Positions 33,451-49,400 of a stretch of DNA of 64,000 nt are shown in pieces. The position numbers were made by a program, and so were the translations under genes. Position 1 is the first letter of the stretch; every line of letters begins with the position of its first letter. Source of the DNA: Eledone cirrhosa (lineage: Eukaryota); the NCBI GenBank assembly GCA_964016885.1, contig OZ024753.1, positions 25,296,001-25,360,000 of the forward strand, written 5' to 3'. Below the pieces are notes generated by a model. It was not told the DNA's origin. It saw nothing but the letters and a program-made list of their open reading frames with translations, and searched no databases.

Positions 33451-36400
33451 AGTAATAACTCCAACCAAGATATAGAAACATGATAGTAATAACTCCAACC
33501 AAGATATAGAAACATGATAGTAATAACTCCAACCAAGACATAGAAACAGGATAGTAATAACTCCAACCAAGACATAGAAACAGGATAGTAATAACTCCAG
33601 ACAAGACATAGAAACATGATAGTAATAACTCCAGACAAGATATAGAAACAGGATAGTAATAACCCCAATCAAGATATAGAAACATGATAGTAATAACTCC
33701 AGTCAAGATATAGAAACATGATAGTAATAAGCCCAATCAAGATATAGAAACAGGATAGTAATAACTCCAGTCAAGATGTAGAAACATGATAGTAAAAACT
33801 CCAATCAAAACATAGAAACATTATAGTAATAACTCCAGTCAAGAGATAGAAACATGATAGTAATAACTCTAACCAAGTCATAGAAACATGATAGTAATAA
33901 CTCCAGTCAAGATGTAGAAACATGATAGTAATAACCCACAATCAAGTCATAGAAACATGATAGTAATAACTCCAACCAAGACATAGAAACATGATAGTAA
34001 TAACTCCAACGAAAATATAGAAACATGATAGTAATAACTCCAACCAAGATATAGAAACATGACAGTAATAACTCCAACCAAGACATAGAAACATGATAGT
34101 AATAACTCCAGTCAAGATATAGAAACATGATAGTAATAACTCCAGTCAAGATATAGAAACATGATAGTAATAACTCCAGTCAAGATATAGAAACATGATA
34201 GAAATAACTCCAGTCAAGATATAGAAACATGATAGTAATAACTCCAGTCAAGACATAGAAACATGATAGTAATAACTCCAATCAAGACATAGAAACATGA
34301 TAGTAATAACTCCAGTCAAGATATAGAAACATGATAGTAATAACTCCAGTCAAGACATAGAAACATGATAGTAATAACTCCAGTCAAGACATAGAAACAT
34401 AATAGTAATAACTCCAGTCAAGATATAGAAACAGAATAGTAATAACTCCAATCAAGGTATAGAAACATGATAGTAATAACTCCAGTCAAGATATAGAAAC
34501 ATGATAGTAATAACTCCAGTCAAGATATCGAAACATGATAGTAATAACTCCAGTCAAGACATAGAAACAGGGTAGTAATAACTCCAGACAAGACATAGAA
34601 ACATGATAGTAATAACTCCAACCAAGATATAGAAACATGATAGTAATAACTCCAACCAAGACATAGAAACAGGATAGTAATAACTCCAACCAAGACATAG
34701 AAACAGGATAGTAATAACTCCAGACAAGACATAGAAACAGGATAGTAATAACTCCAGACAAGACATAGAAACATGATAGTAATAACTCCAACCAAGACAT
34801 AGAAACATGATAATAATAACTCCAACCAAAATATAGAAACATGATAGTAATAACTCCAACCAAGACATAGAAACAGGATAGTAATAACTCCTGACAAGTG
34901 ATAGAAACAGGATAGTAATAACTCCAGACAAGACATAGAAACATGATAGTAATAACTCCAACCAAGACATAGAAACAGGATAGTAATAAGTCCAGACAAG
35001 AGATAGAAACATGATAGTAATAACTCCAAACAAGATATAGAAAGATGATAGTAATAACTCCAACCAAGATATAGAAACATGATAGTAATAACTCCAACCA
35101 AGATATAGAAACATGATAGTAATAACTCCAACCAAGACATAGAAACAGGATAGTAATAACTCCAACCAAGACATAGAAACAGGATAGTAATAACTCCAGA
35201 CAAGACATAGAATAGGATAGTAATAACTCCAGACAAGACATAGAAACATGATAGTAATAACTCCAACCAAGATATAGAAACATGATAGTAATAACTCCAA
35301 CCAAGACATAGAAACAGGATAGTAATAACTCCAACCAAGACATAGAAACAGGATAGTAATAACTCCAGACAAGACATAGAAACAAGATAGTAATAACTCC
35401 AGACAAGACATAGAAACATGATAGTAATAACTCCAACCAAGATATAGAAACATGACAGTAATAACTCCAACCAAGACATAGAAACATGATAGTAATAACT
35501 CCAGTCAAGATATCGAAACATGATAGTAATAACTCCAGTCAAGATATAGAAACAGGATAGTAATAACTCCAGCCAAGATATAGAAACAGGATAGTAATAA
35601 CTCCAACCAAGACATAGAAACAGGTTAGTAATAACTCCAACCAAGATATAGAAACATGATAGTAATAACTCCAGCCAAGATATAGAAACAGGATAGTAAT
35701 AACTCCAACCAAGACATAGAAACAGGATAGTAATAACTCCAACCAAGACATAGAAACAGGATAGTAATAACTCCAACCAAGACATAGAAACAGGATAGTA
35801 ATAACTCCAGACAAGACATAGAAACAGGATAGTAATAACTCCAGACAAGACATAGAAACATGATAGTAATAACTCCAACCAAGATATAGAAACATGATAG
35901 TAATAACTCCAACCAAGACATAGAAACAGGATAGTAATAACTCCAACCAAGACATAGACACAGGATAGTAATAACTCCAGACAAGACATAGAAACAGGAT
36001 AGTAATAACTCCAGACAAGACATAGAAACATGATAGTAATAACTCCAACCAAGACATAGAAACATGATAGTAATAACTCCAACCAAAATATATAAACATG
36101 ATAGTAATAACTCCAACCAAGATATAGAAAAATGACAGTAATAACTTCAACCAAGACATATAAACATGATAGTAATAACTCCAGTCAAGATATCGAAACA
36201 TGATAGTAATAACTCCAGTCAAGATATAGAAACATGATAGTAATAACTCCAGCTAAGACATGGAAACATGATAGTAATAACTCCAGCCAAGACATAGAAA
36301 CATGATAGTAATAATCCCGCCAAGATATAGAAACATAATAGTAATAACTCCAGTCAAGACATAGAAACATGATAGTAATAACTCCAGTCGAGACATAGAA

Positions 36401-39400
36401 ACATGATAGTAATAACTCCAGTCAAGATATAGAAACATGACAGTAATAACTCCAATCAAGACATAGAAACATGATAGTAATAACTCCAGTCAAGATATAG
36501 AAACATGATAGTAATAACTCCAGTCAAGATATAGAAACGTGATAGTAATAACTCCAGTCAAGATATAGAACCATGATAGTAATAACTCCAACCAAGATAT
36601 AGAAACATGACAGTAATAACTCCAACCAAGACATAGAAACATGATAGTAATAACTCCAACCAAGATATAGAAACATGATAGTAATAACTCCAGTCAAGAT
36701 ATAGAAACATGATAGTAATAACTCCAACCAAGATATAGAAACATGATAGTAATAACTCCAACCAAGATATAGAAACATGATAGTAATAACTCCAACCAAG
36801 ACATAGAAACATGATAGTAATAACTCCAGAGAAGACATAGAAACATGATAGTAATAACTCCAACCAAGATATAGAAACATGATAGTAATAACTCCAACCA
36901 AGACAGAGACACATGATAGTAATAACTCCAACCAAGACGTAGAAACAAGATAGTAATAACTCCAGGCAAGACATAGAAACATGATAGAAATAACTCCAAC
37001 CAAGACAGAAACATGATAGTAAAAACTCCAGACAAGACATAGAAACAGGATAGTAATAACTCCAGCCAAGATATAGAAACAGGATCGTAATAACTTCAGT
37101 CAACACATAGAAACACATGATAGTAATAACTCCAACCAAGACATAGAAACATAATAATCATAACTCCAGTCAAGACATAGAAACATGATAGTAATATCTC
37201 CAACCAAGACATAGAAACATGATAGTAATAACTCCAACCAAGACATAGAAACATGATAGTAATAACTCCAACCAAGATATAGAAACATGATATTAATAAC
37301 TCCAACCAAAATATAGACACAGGATAGTAATAGCTCCAACCAAGACATAGAAATATGATAGTAATAACTCCAACCAAAATATAGAAACATGATAGTAATA
37401 ACTCCAATCAAGACATAGAAACAGCATAGTAATAACTCCAGTCAAGACATAGAAACATGATAGTAATAACTCCAACCAAGATATAGAAACATGATAGTAA
37501 TAACTCCAGCCAAGATATAGAAACATGATAGTAATAACTGCAACCAAGACATAGAAACATGATAGTAATAACTCCAACCAAGACATAGAAACATGATAGT
37601 AATAACTCCAACCAAGACATAGAAACAAGATAGTAATAACTCCAGACAAGACATAGAAACAGGATAGTAATAACTCCAGACAAGACAGAGAAACATGATA
37701 GTAATAACTCCAACCAAGACATAGAAATAGGATAGTAATAACTCCAGTCAAGATATAGAAACATGATAGTAATAACTCCAATCAAGACATAGAAACATGA
37801 TAGTAATAACTCCAGTCTAGATATAGAAACATGATAGTAATAACTGCAGTGAAGATATAGAAACATGATAGTAATACCTCCAACCAAGACATAGAAACAT
37901 GATAGTAATAACTCCAGTCAAGATATAGAAACATAATAGTAATAACTCCAATCAAGGTATAGAAACATGATAGTAATAACTCCAGTCAAGATATAGAAAC
38001 ATGATAGTAATAACTCCAGCCAAGATATAGAAACATGATAGTAATAACTGCAACCAAGACATAGAAACATGATAGTAATAACTCCAACCAAGACATAGAA
38101 ACATGATAGTAATAACTCCAGCCAAGACATAGAAACAAGATAGTAATAACTCCAACCAAGATATAGAAACATGATAGTAATAACTCCAACCAAGACAAAG
38201 AAACAGGATAGTATTAACTCCAGACAAGACATAGAAACAGGATAGTAATAACTCCAGACAAGACAGAGAAACATGATAGTAATAACTCCAACCAAGACAT
38301 AGAAATAGGATAGTAATAACTCCAGTCAAGATATAGAAACATGATAGTAATAACTCCAATCAAGACATAGAAACATGATAGTAATAACTCCAGTCTAGAT
38401 ATAGAAACATGATAGTAATAACTCCAGTGAAGATATAGAAACATGATAGTAATACCTCCAACCAAGACATAGAAACATGATAGTAATAACTCCAGTCAAG
38501 ATATAGAAACATAATAGTAATAACTCCAATCAAGGTATAGAAACATGATAGTAATAACTCCAGTCAAGATATAGAAACATGATAGTAATAACTCCAGCCA
38601 AGATATAGAAACATGATAGTAATAACTCCAACCAAGACATAGAAACAGGATAGTAAAAACTCCAGACAAGACATAGAAACAGGATAGTAATAACTCCAGA
38701 CAAGACATAGAAACATGATAGTAATAACTCCAACCAAGACATAGAAACAGGATAGTAATAAGTCCAGACAAGAGATAGAAACATGATAGTAATAACTCCA
38801 ACCAAGATATAGAAAGATGATAGTAATAACTCCAACCAAGATATAGAAACATGATAGTAATAACTCCAACCAAGATATAGAAACATGATAGTAATAACTC
38901 CAACCAAGACATAGAAACAGGATAGTAATAACTCCAACCAAGACATAGAAACAGGATAGTAATAACTCCAGACAAGACATAGAAACATGATAGTAATAAC
39001 TCCAGACAAGATATAGAAACAGGATAGTAATAACCCCAATCAAGATATAGAAACATGATAGTAATAACTCCAGTCAAGATATAGAAACATGATAGTAATA
39101 AGCCCAATCAAGATGTAGAAACAGGATAGTAATAACTCCAGTCAAGATGTAGAAACATGATAGTAAAAACTCCAATCAAGACATAGAAACATTATAGTAA
39201 TAACTCCAGTCAAGAGATAGAAACATGATAGTAATAACTCTAACCAAGTCATAGAAACATGATAGTAATAACTCCAGTCAAGATATAGAAACATGATAGT
39301 AATAACCCACAATCAAGTTATAGAAACATGATAGTAATAACTCCAACCAAGACATAGAAACATGATAGTAATAACTCCAACGAAAATATAGAAACATGAT

Positions 39401-42400
39401 AGTAATAACTCCAACCAAGATATAGAAACATGACAGTAATAACTCCAACCAAGACATAGAAACATGATAGTAATAACTCCAGTCAAGATATAGAAACATG
39501 ATAGTAATAACTCCAGTCAAGATATAGAAACATGATAGTAATAACTCCAGTCAAGATATAGAAACATGATAGAAATAACTCCAGTCAAGATATAGAAACA
39601 TGATAGTAATAACTCCAGTCAAGACATAGAAACATGATAGTAATAACTCCAATCAAGACATAGAAACATGATAGTAATAACTCCAGTCAAGATATAGAAA
39701 CATGATAGTAATAACTCCAGTCAAGACATAGAAACATGATAGTAATAACTCCAGTCAAGACATAGAAACATAATAGTAATAACTCCAGTCAAGATATAGA
39801 AACAGAATAGTAATAACTCCAATCAAGGTATAGAAACATGATAGTAATAACTCCAGTCAAGATATAGAAACATGATAGTAATAACTCCAGTCAAGATATC
39901 GAAACATGATAGTAATAACTCCAGTCAAGACATAGAAACAGGGTAGTAATAACTCCAGACAAGACATAGAAACATGATAGTAATAACTCCAACCAAGATA
40001 TAGAAACATGATAGTAATAACTCCAACCAAGACATAGAAACAGGATAGTAATAACTCCAACCAAGACATAGAAACAGGATAGTAATAACTCCAGACAAGA
40101 CATAGAAACAGGATAGTAATAACTCCAGACAAGACATAGAAACATGATAGTAATAACTCCAACCAAGACATAGAAACATGATAATAATAACTCCAACCAA
40201 AATATAGAAACATGATAGTAATAACTCCAACCAAGACATAGAAACAGGATAGTAATAACTCCTGACAAGTGATAGAAACAGGATAGTAATAACTCCAGAC
40301 AAGACATAGAAACATGATAGTAATAACTCCAACCAAGACATAGAAACAGGATAGTAATAAGTCCAGACAAGAGATAGAAACATGATAGTAATAACTCCAA
40401 ACAAGATATAGAAAGATGATAGTAATAACTCCAACCAAGATATAGAAACATGATAGTAATAACTCCAACCAAGATATAGAAACATGATAGTAATAACTCC
40501 AACCAAGACATAGAAACAGGATAGTAATAACTCCAACCAAGACATAGAAACAGGATAGTAATAACTCCAGACAAGACATAGAATAGGATAGTAATAACTC
40601 CAGACAAGACATAGAAACATGATAGTAATAACTCCAACCAAGATATAGAAACATGATAGTAATAACTCCAACCAAGACATAGAAACAGGATAGTAATAAC
40701 TCCAACCAAGACATAGAAACAGGATAGTAATAACTCCAGACAAGACATAGAAACAAGATAGTAATAACTCCAGACAAGACATAGAAACATGATAGTAATA
40801 ACTCCAACCAAGATATAGAAACATGACAGTAATAACTCCAACCAAGACATAGAAACATGATAGTAATAACTCCAGTCAAGATATCGAAACATGATAGTAA
40901 TAACTCCAGTCAAGATATAGAAACAGGATAGTAATAACTCCAGCCAAGATATAGAAACAGGATAGTAATAACTCCAACCAAGACATAGAAACAGGTTAGT
41001 AATAACTCCAACCAAGATATAGAAACATGATAGTAATAACTCCAGCCAAGATATAGAAACAGGATAGTAATAACTCCAACCAAGACATAGAAACAGGATA
41101 GTAATAACTCCAACCAAGACATAGAAACAGGATAGTAATAACTCCAACCAAGACATAGAAACAGGATAGTAATAACTCCAGACAAGACATAGAAACAGGA
41201 TAGTAATAACTCCAGACAAGACATAGAAACATGATAGTAATAACTCCAACCAAGATATAGAAACATGATAGTAATAACTCCAACCAAGACATAGAAACAG
41301 GATAGTAATAACTCCAACCAAGACATAGACACAGGATAGTAATAACTCCAGACAAGACATAGAAACAGGATAGTAATAACTCCAGACAAGACATAGAAAC
41401 ATGATAGTAATAACTCCAACCAAGACATAGAAAAATGATAGTAATAACTCCAACCAAAATATATAAACATGATAGTAATAACTCCAACCAAGATATAGAA
41501 AAATGACAGTAATAACTTCAACCAAGACATATAAACATGATAGTAATAACTCCAGTCAAGATATCGAAACATGATAGTAATAACTCCAGTCAAGATATAG
41601 AAACATGATAGTAATAACTCCAGCCAAGACATGGAAACATGATAGTAATAACTCCAGCCAAGACATAGAAACATGATAGTAATAATCCCGCCAAGATATA
41701 GAAACATAATAGTAATAACTCCAGTCAAGACATAGAAACATGATAGTAATAACTCCAGTCGAGACATAGAAACATGATAGTAATAACTCCAGTCAAGATA
41801 TAGAAACATGACAGTAATAACTCCAATCAAGACATAGAAACATGATAGTAATAACTCCAGTCAAGATATAGAAACATGATAGTAATAACTCCAGTCAAGA
41901 TATAGAAACGTGATAGTAATAACTCCAGTCAAGATATAGAACCATGATAGTAATAACTCCAACCAAGATATAGAAACATGACAGTAATAACTCCAACCAA
42001 GACATAGAAACATGATAGTAATAACTCCAACCAAGATATAGAAACATGATAGTAATAACTCCAGTCAAGATATAGAAACATGATAGTAATAACTCCAACC
42101 AAGATATAGAAACATGATAGTAATAACTCCAACCAAGATATAGAAACATGATAGTAATAACTCCAACCAAGACATAGAAACATGATAGTAATAACTCCAG
42201 AGAAGACATAGAAACATGATAGTAATAACTCCAACCAAGATATAGAAACATGATAGTAATAACTCCAACCAAGACAGAGACACATGATAGTAATAACTCC
42301 AACCAAGACGTAGAAACAAGATAGTAATAACTCCAGGCAAGACATAGAAACATGATAGAAATAACTCCAACCAAGACAGAAACATGATAGTAAAAACTCC

Positions 42401-43405
42401 AGACAAGACATAGAAACAGGATAGTAATAACTCCAGCCAAGATATAGAAACAGGATCGTAATAACTTCAGTCAACACATAGAAACACATGATAGTAATAA
42501 CTCCAACCAAGACATAGAAACATAATAATCATAACTCCAGTCAAGACATAGAAACATGATAGTAATATCTCCAACCAAGACATAGAAACATGATAGTAAT
42601 AACTCCAACCAAGACATAGAAACATGATAGTAATAACTCCAACCAAGATATAGAAACATGATATTAATAACTCCAACCAAAATATAGACACAGGATAGTA
42701 ATAGCTCCAACCAAGACATAGAAATATGATAGTAATAACTCCAACCAAAATATAGAAACATGATAGTAATAACTCCAATCAAGACATAGAAACAGCATAG
42801 TAATAACTCCAGTCAAGACATAGAAACATGATAGTAATAACTCCAACCAAGATATAGAAACATGATAGTAATAACTCCAGCCAAGATATAGAAACATGAT
42901 AGTAATAACTGCAACCAAGACATAGAAACATGATAGTAATAACTCCAGTCGAGACATAGAAACATGATAGTAATAACTCCAACCAAGACATAGAAACAAG
43001 ATAGTAATAACTCCAGACAAGACATAGAAACAGGATAGTAATAACTCCAGACAAGACAGAGAAACATGATAGTAATAACTCCAACCAAGACATAGAAATA
43101 GGATAGTAATAACTCCAGTCAAGATATAGAAACATGATAGTAATAACTCCAATCAAGACATAGAAACATGATAGTAATAACTCCAGTCTAGATATAGAAA
43201 CATGATAGTAATAACTGCAGTGAAGATATAGAAACATGATAGTAATACCTCCAACCAAGACATAGAAACATGATAGTAATAACTCCAGTCAAGATATAGA
43301 AACATAATAGTAATAACTCCAATCAAGGTATAGAAACATGATAGTAATAACTCCAGTCAAGATATAGAAACATGATAGTAATAACTCCAGCCAAGATATA
43401 GAAAC
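32620..43405 (+). repeat. Tandem duplication with 5371-bp period (~158 monomers), 2 copies
   Basis: ORF pairs 33125/38496, 34486/39857, 36524/41895 and 37408/42779 are all offset by 5371. Unique variants (ctgacaagtg, gaatagg, gacagaaac) occur in both copies. Confidence 0.9.
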
Positions 43406-46400
43406 ATAGTAATAACTCCAACCAAGACATAGAAACAGGATAGTAATAACTCCAACCAAGATATAGAAACAGAATAGTAATAACTCCAACCAAAATATAG
43501 AAACATGATAGTAATAACTCCAAGCAAGATATAGAAACAGGATAGTAATAACTCCAACCAAGACATAGAAACAGGATCGTAATAACTCCAACCAAAATAT
43601 GGAAACATGATAGTAATAACTGCAATCAAGACATAGAAACAGGATAGTAATAACTCCAACCGAGACATAGAAACAGGATAGTAATAACTTCAACCAAGAC
43701 ATAGAAACAGGATAGTAATAACTCCAACCAAGACATAGAAACAGGATAGTAATAACTCCAGCCAAGATATAGAAACAGGATAGTAATAACTCCAACCAAG
43801 ATATAGAAACAGGATAGTAATAACTCCAGCCAAGATATAGAAACAGGATAGTAATAAATCCAACCAAGACATAGAAACAGGATAGTAATAACTCCAACCA
43901 AGACATAGAAACAGGATAGTAATAACTCCAGCCAAGATATAGAAACAGGATAGTAATAACTCCAACCAAGATATAGAAACATGATAGTAATAACTCCAAC
44001 CAAGACATAGAAACAGGATAGTAATAACTCCAACCAAGATATAGAAACATGATAGTAATAACTCCAACCAAGACAGAGACACATGATAGTAATAACTCCA
44101 ACCAAGACGTAGAAACAAGATAGTAATAACTCCAGTCAAGACATAGAAACATGATAGAAATAACTCCAACCAAGACATAGAAACATGATAGTAAAAACTC
44201 CAGACAAGACATAGAAACAGGATAGTAATAACTCCAGCCAAGATATAGAAACAGGATCGTAATAACTTCAGTCAAGACATAGAAACACATGATAGTAATA
44301 ACTCCAACCAAGACATAGAAACATAATAATCATAACTCCAGTCAAGACATAGAAACATGATAGTAATATCTCCAACCAAGACATAGAAACATGATAGTAA
44401 TAACTCCAACCAAGACATAGAAACATGATAGTAATAACTCCAACCAAGATATAGAAACATGATATTAATAACTCCAACCAAAATATAGACACAGGATAGT
44501 AATAGCTCCAACCAAGACATAGAAATATGATAGTAATAACTCCAACCAAAATATAGAAACAGCATAGTAATAACTCCAGTCAAGACATAGAAACATGATA
44601 GTAATAACTCCAACCAAGATATAGAAACATGATAGTAATAACTCCAGCCAGGATATAGAAACATGATAGTAATAACTGCAACCAAGACATAGAAACATGA
44701 TAGTAATAACTCCAACCAAGACATAGAAACATGATAGTAATAACTCCAACCAAGACATAGAAACAAGATAGTAATAACTCCAGACAAGACATAGAAACAG
44801 GATAGTAATAACTCCAGACAAGACAGAGAAACATGATAGTAATAACTCCAACCAAGACATAGAAATAGGATAGTAATAACTCCAGTCAAGATATAGAAAC
44901 ATGATAGTAATAACTCCAATCAAGACATAGAAACATGATAGTAATAACTCCAGTCTAGATATAGTAACATGATAGTAATAACTCCAGTGAAGATATAGAA
45001 ACATGATAGTAATACCTCCAACCAAGACATAGAAACATGATAGTAATAACTCCAGTCAAGATATAGAAACATAATAGTAATAACTCCAATCAAGGTATAG
45101 AAACATGATAGTAATAACTCCAGTCAAGATATAGAAACATGATAGTAATAACTCCAGCCAAGATATAGAAACATAGTAATAACTCCAACCAAGACATAGA
45201 AACAGGATAGTAATAACTCCAACCAAGATATAGAAACAGAATAGTAATAACTCCAACCAAAATATAGAAACATGATAGTAATAACTGCAATCAAGACATA
45301 GAAACAGGATAGTAATAACTCCAACCAAGACATAGAAACAGGATAGTAATAACTTCAACCAAGACATAGAAACAGGATAGTAATAACTCCAACCAAGACA
45401 TAGAAACAGGATAGTAATAACTCCAGCCAAGATATAGAAACAGGATAGTAATAACTCCAACCAAGATATAGAAACAGGATAGTAATAACTCCAGCCAAGA
45501 TATAGAAACAGGATAGTAATAAATCCAACCAAGACATAGAAACAGGATAGTAATAACTCCAACCAAGACATAGAAACAGGATAGTAATAACTCCAGCCAA
45601 GATATAGAAACAGGATAGTAATAACTCCAACCAAGATATAGAAACATGATAGTAATAACTCCAACCAAGACATAGAAACAGGATAGTAATAACTCCAACC
45701 AAGACATAGAAACAGGATAGTAATAACTCCAGACAAGACATAAAAACAGGATAGTAATAACTCCAGACAAGACATAGAAACATGATAGTAATAACTCCAA
45801 CCAAGACATAGAAACATGATAATAATAACTCCAACCAAAATATAGAAACATGATAGTAATAACTCCAACCAAGACATAGAAACATGATAGTAATAACTCC
45901 AGTCAAGATATCGAAACATGATAGTAATAACTCCAGTCAAGATATAGAAACATGATAGTAATAACTCCAGCCAAGACATAGAAACATGATAGTAATAACT
46001 CCAGTCAAGACATAGAAACATGATAGTAATAACTCCAGTCGAGACATAGAAACATGATAGTAATAACTCCAGTCAAGATATAGAAACATGATAGTAATAA
46101 CTCCAGTCAAGATATAGAAACATGATAGTAATAACTCCAGTCAAGACATACAAACATGATAGTAATAACTCCATTCGAGACATAGAAACATGATAGTAAT
46201 AACTCCAGTCAAGATATAGAAACATGATAGTAATAACTCCAGTCAAGATATAGAAACATGATAGTAATAACTCCAGTCAAGACATAGAAACATGATAGTA
46301 ATAACTCCAGTCGAGACATAGAAACATGATAGTAATAACTCCAGTCAAGATATAGAAACATGATAGTCTTAACTCCAGTCAAGATATAGAAACATGATAG

Positions 46401-49400
46401 TAATAACTCCAATCAAGACATAGAAACATGATAGTAATAACTCCAGTCTAGATATAGAAACATGATAGTAATAACTCCAGTGAAGTTATAGAAACATGAT
46501 AGTAATACCTCCAACCAAGACATAGAAACAGGATCGTAATAACTCCAACCAAAATATGGAAACATGATAGTAATAACTGCAATCAAGACATAGAAACAGA
46601 ATAGTAATAACTCCAACCAAGACATAGAAACAGGATAGTAATAACTCCAACCAGGACATAGAAACAGGATAGTAATAACTCCAACCAAGACATAGAAACA
46701 GGATAGTAATAACTCCAGCCAAGATATAGAAACAGGATAGTAATAACTCCAACCAAGATATAGAAACAGGATAGTAATAACTCCAACCAAGACATAGAAA
46801 CAGGATAGTAATAACTCCAACCAAGACATAGAAACAGGATAGTAATAACTCCAGCCAGGATATAGAAACAGGATAGTAATAACTCCAACCAAGACATAGA
46901 AACAGGATAGTAATAACTCCAACCAAGATATAGAAACATGATAGTAATAACTCCAGCCAAGATATAGAAACAGGATAGTAATAACTCCAACCAAGACATA
47001 GAAACAGGATAGTAATAACTCCAACCAAGACATAGAAACAGGATAGTAATAACTCCAACCAAGACATAGAAACATGATAGTAATAACTCCAGACAAGACA
47101 TAGAAACAGGATAGTAATAACTCCAGAGAAGACATAGAAGCATGATAGTAATAACTCCAACCAAGATATAGAAACATGATAGTAATAACTCCAACCAAGA
47201 CATAGAAACAGGATAGTAATAACTCCAACCAAGACATAGAAACAGGATAGTAATAACTCCAGACAAGACATAGAAACAGGATAGTAATAACTCCAGACAA
47301 GACATAGAAACATGATAGTAATAACTCCAACCAAGACATAGAAACATGATAGTAATAACTCCAACCAAAATATATAAACATGATAGTAATAACTCCAACC
47401 AAGATATAGAAAAATGACAGTAATAACTTCAACCAAGACATATAAACATGATAGTAATAACTCCAGTCAAGATATCGAAACATGATAGTAATAACTCCAG
47501 TCAAGATATAGAAACATGATAGTAATAACTCCAGCCAAGACATGGAAACATGATAGTAATAACTCCAGCCAAGACATAGAAACATGATAGTAATAATCCC
47601 GCCAAGATATAGAAACATAATAGTAATAACTCCAGTCAAGACATAGAAACATGATAGTAATAACTCCAGTCGAGACATAGAAACATGATAGTAATAACTC
47701 CAGTCAAGATGTAGAAACATGATAGTAATAACTCCAGTCAAGATATAGAAACATGATAGTAATAACTCCAATCAAGACATAGAAACATGATAGTAATAAC
47801 TCCAGTCAAGATATAGAAACATGATAGTAATAACACCAGTCAAGATATAGAAACGTGATAGTAATAACTCCAGTCAAGATATAGAACCATGGTAGTAATA
47901 ACTCCAACCAAGATATAGAAACATGACAGTAATAACTCCAACCAAGACATAGAAACATGATAGTAATAACTCCAACCAAGATATAGAAACATGATAGTAA
48001 TAACTCCAGTCAAGATATAGAAACATGATAGTAATAACTCCAACCAAGATATAGAAACATGATAGTAATAACTCCAACCAAGATATAGAAACATGATAGT
48101 AATAACTCCAATCAAGACATAGAAACATGATAGTAATAACTCCAGAGAAGACATAGAAACATGATAGTAATAACTCCAACCAAGATATAGAAACATGATA
48201 GTAATAACACCAACCAAGACATAGAAACAAGATAGTAATAACTCCAGTCAAGACATAGAAACATGATAGAAATAACTCCAACCAAGACATTAGAAACATG
48301 ATAGTAAAAACTCCAGACAAGACATAGAAACAGGATAGTAATAACTCCAGCCAAGATATAGAAACAGGATTGTAATAACTTCAGTCAAGACATAGAAACA
48401 CATGATAGTAATAACTCAAACCAAGACATAGAAACAGAATAATCATAACTCCAGTCAAGACATAGAAACATGATAGTAATAACTCCAACCAAGACATAGA
48501 AACATGATAGTAATAACTCCAACCAAGACATAGAAACATGATAGTAATAACTCCAACCAAGATATAGAAACATGATATTAATAACTCCAACCAAGATATA
48601 GAAACATGATAGTAATAACACCAGTCAAGATATCGAAACATGATAGTAATAACTCCAGTCAAGATATAGAAACATGATAGTAATAACTCCAGTGAAGATA
48701 TAGAAACATGATAGTAATACCTCCAACCAAGACATAGAAACATGATAGTAATAACTCCAGTCAAGATATAGAAACATAATAGTAATAACTCCAATCAAGG
48801 TATAGAAACATGATAGTAATAACTCCAGTCAAGATATAGAAACATGATAGTAATAACTCCAGCCAAGATATAGAAACATGATAGTAATAACTCCAACCAA
48901 GACATAGAAACAGGATAGTAATAACTCCAACCAAGATATAGAAACAGAATAGTAATAACTCCAACCAAAATATAGAAACATGATAGTAATAACTCCAAGC
49001 AAGATATAGAAACAGGATAGTAATAACTCCAACCAAGACATAGAAACAGGATCGTAATAACTCCAACCAAAATATGGAAACATGATAGTAATAACTGCAA
49101 TCAAGACATAGAAACAGGATAGTAATAACTCCAACCAAGACATAGAAACAGGATAGTAATATCTCCAACCAAGACATAGAAACAGGATAGTAATAACTCC
49201 AGCCAAGATATAGAAACAGGATAGTAATAACTCCAGCCAAGATATAGAAACAGGATAGTAATAACTCCAACCAAGATATAGAAACATGATAGTAATAACT
49301 CCAACCAAGACATAGAAACAGGATAGTAATAACTCCAACCAAGACATAGAAACAGGATAGTAATAACTCCAGACAAGACATAGAAACAGGATAGTAATAA

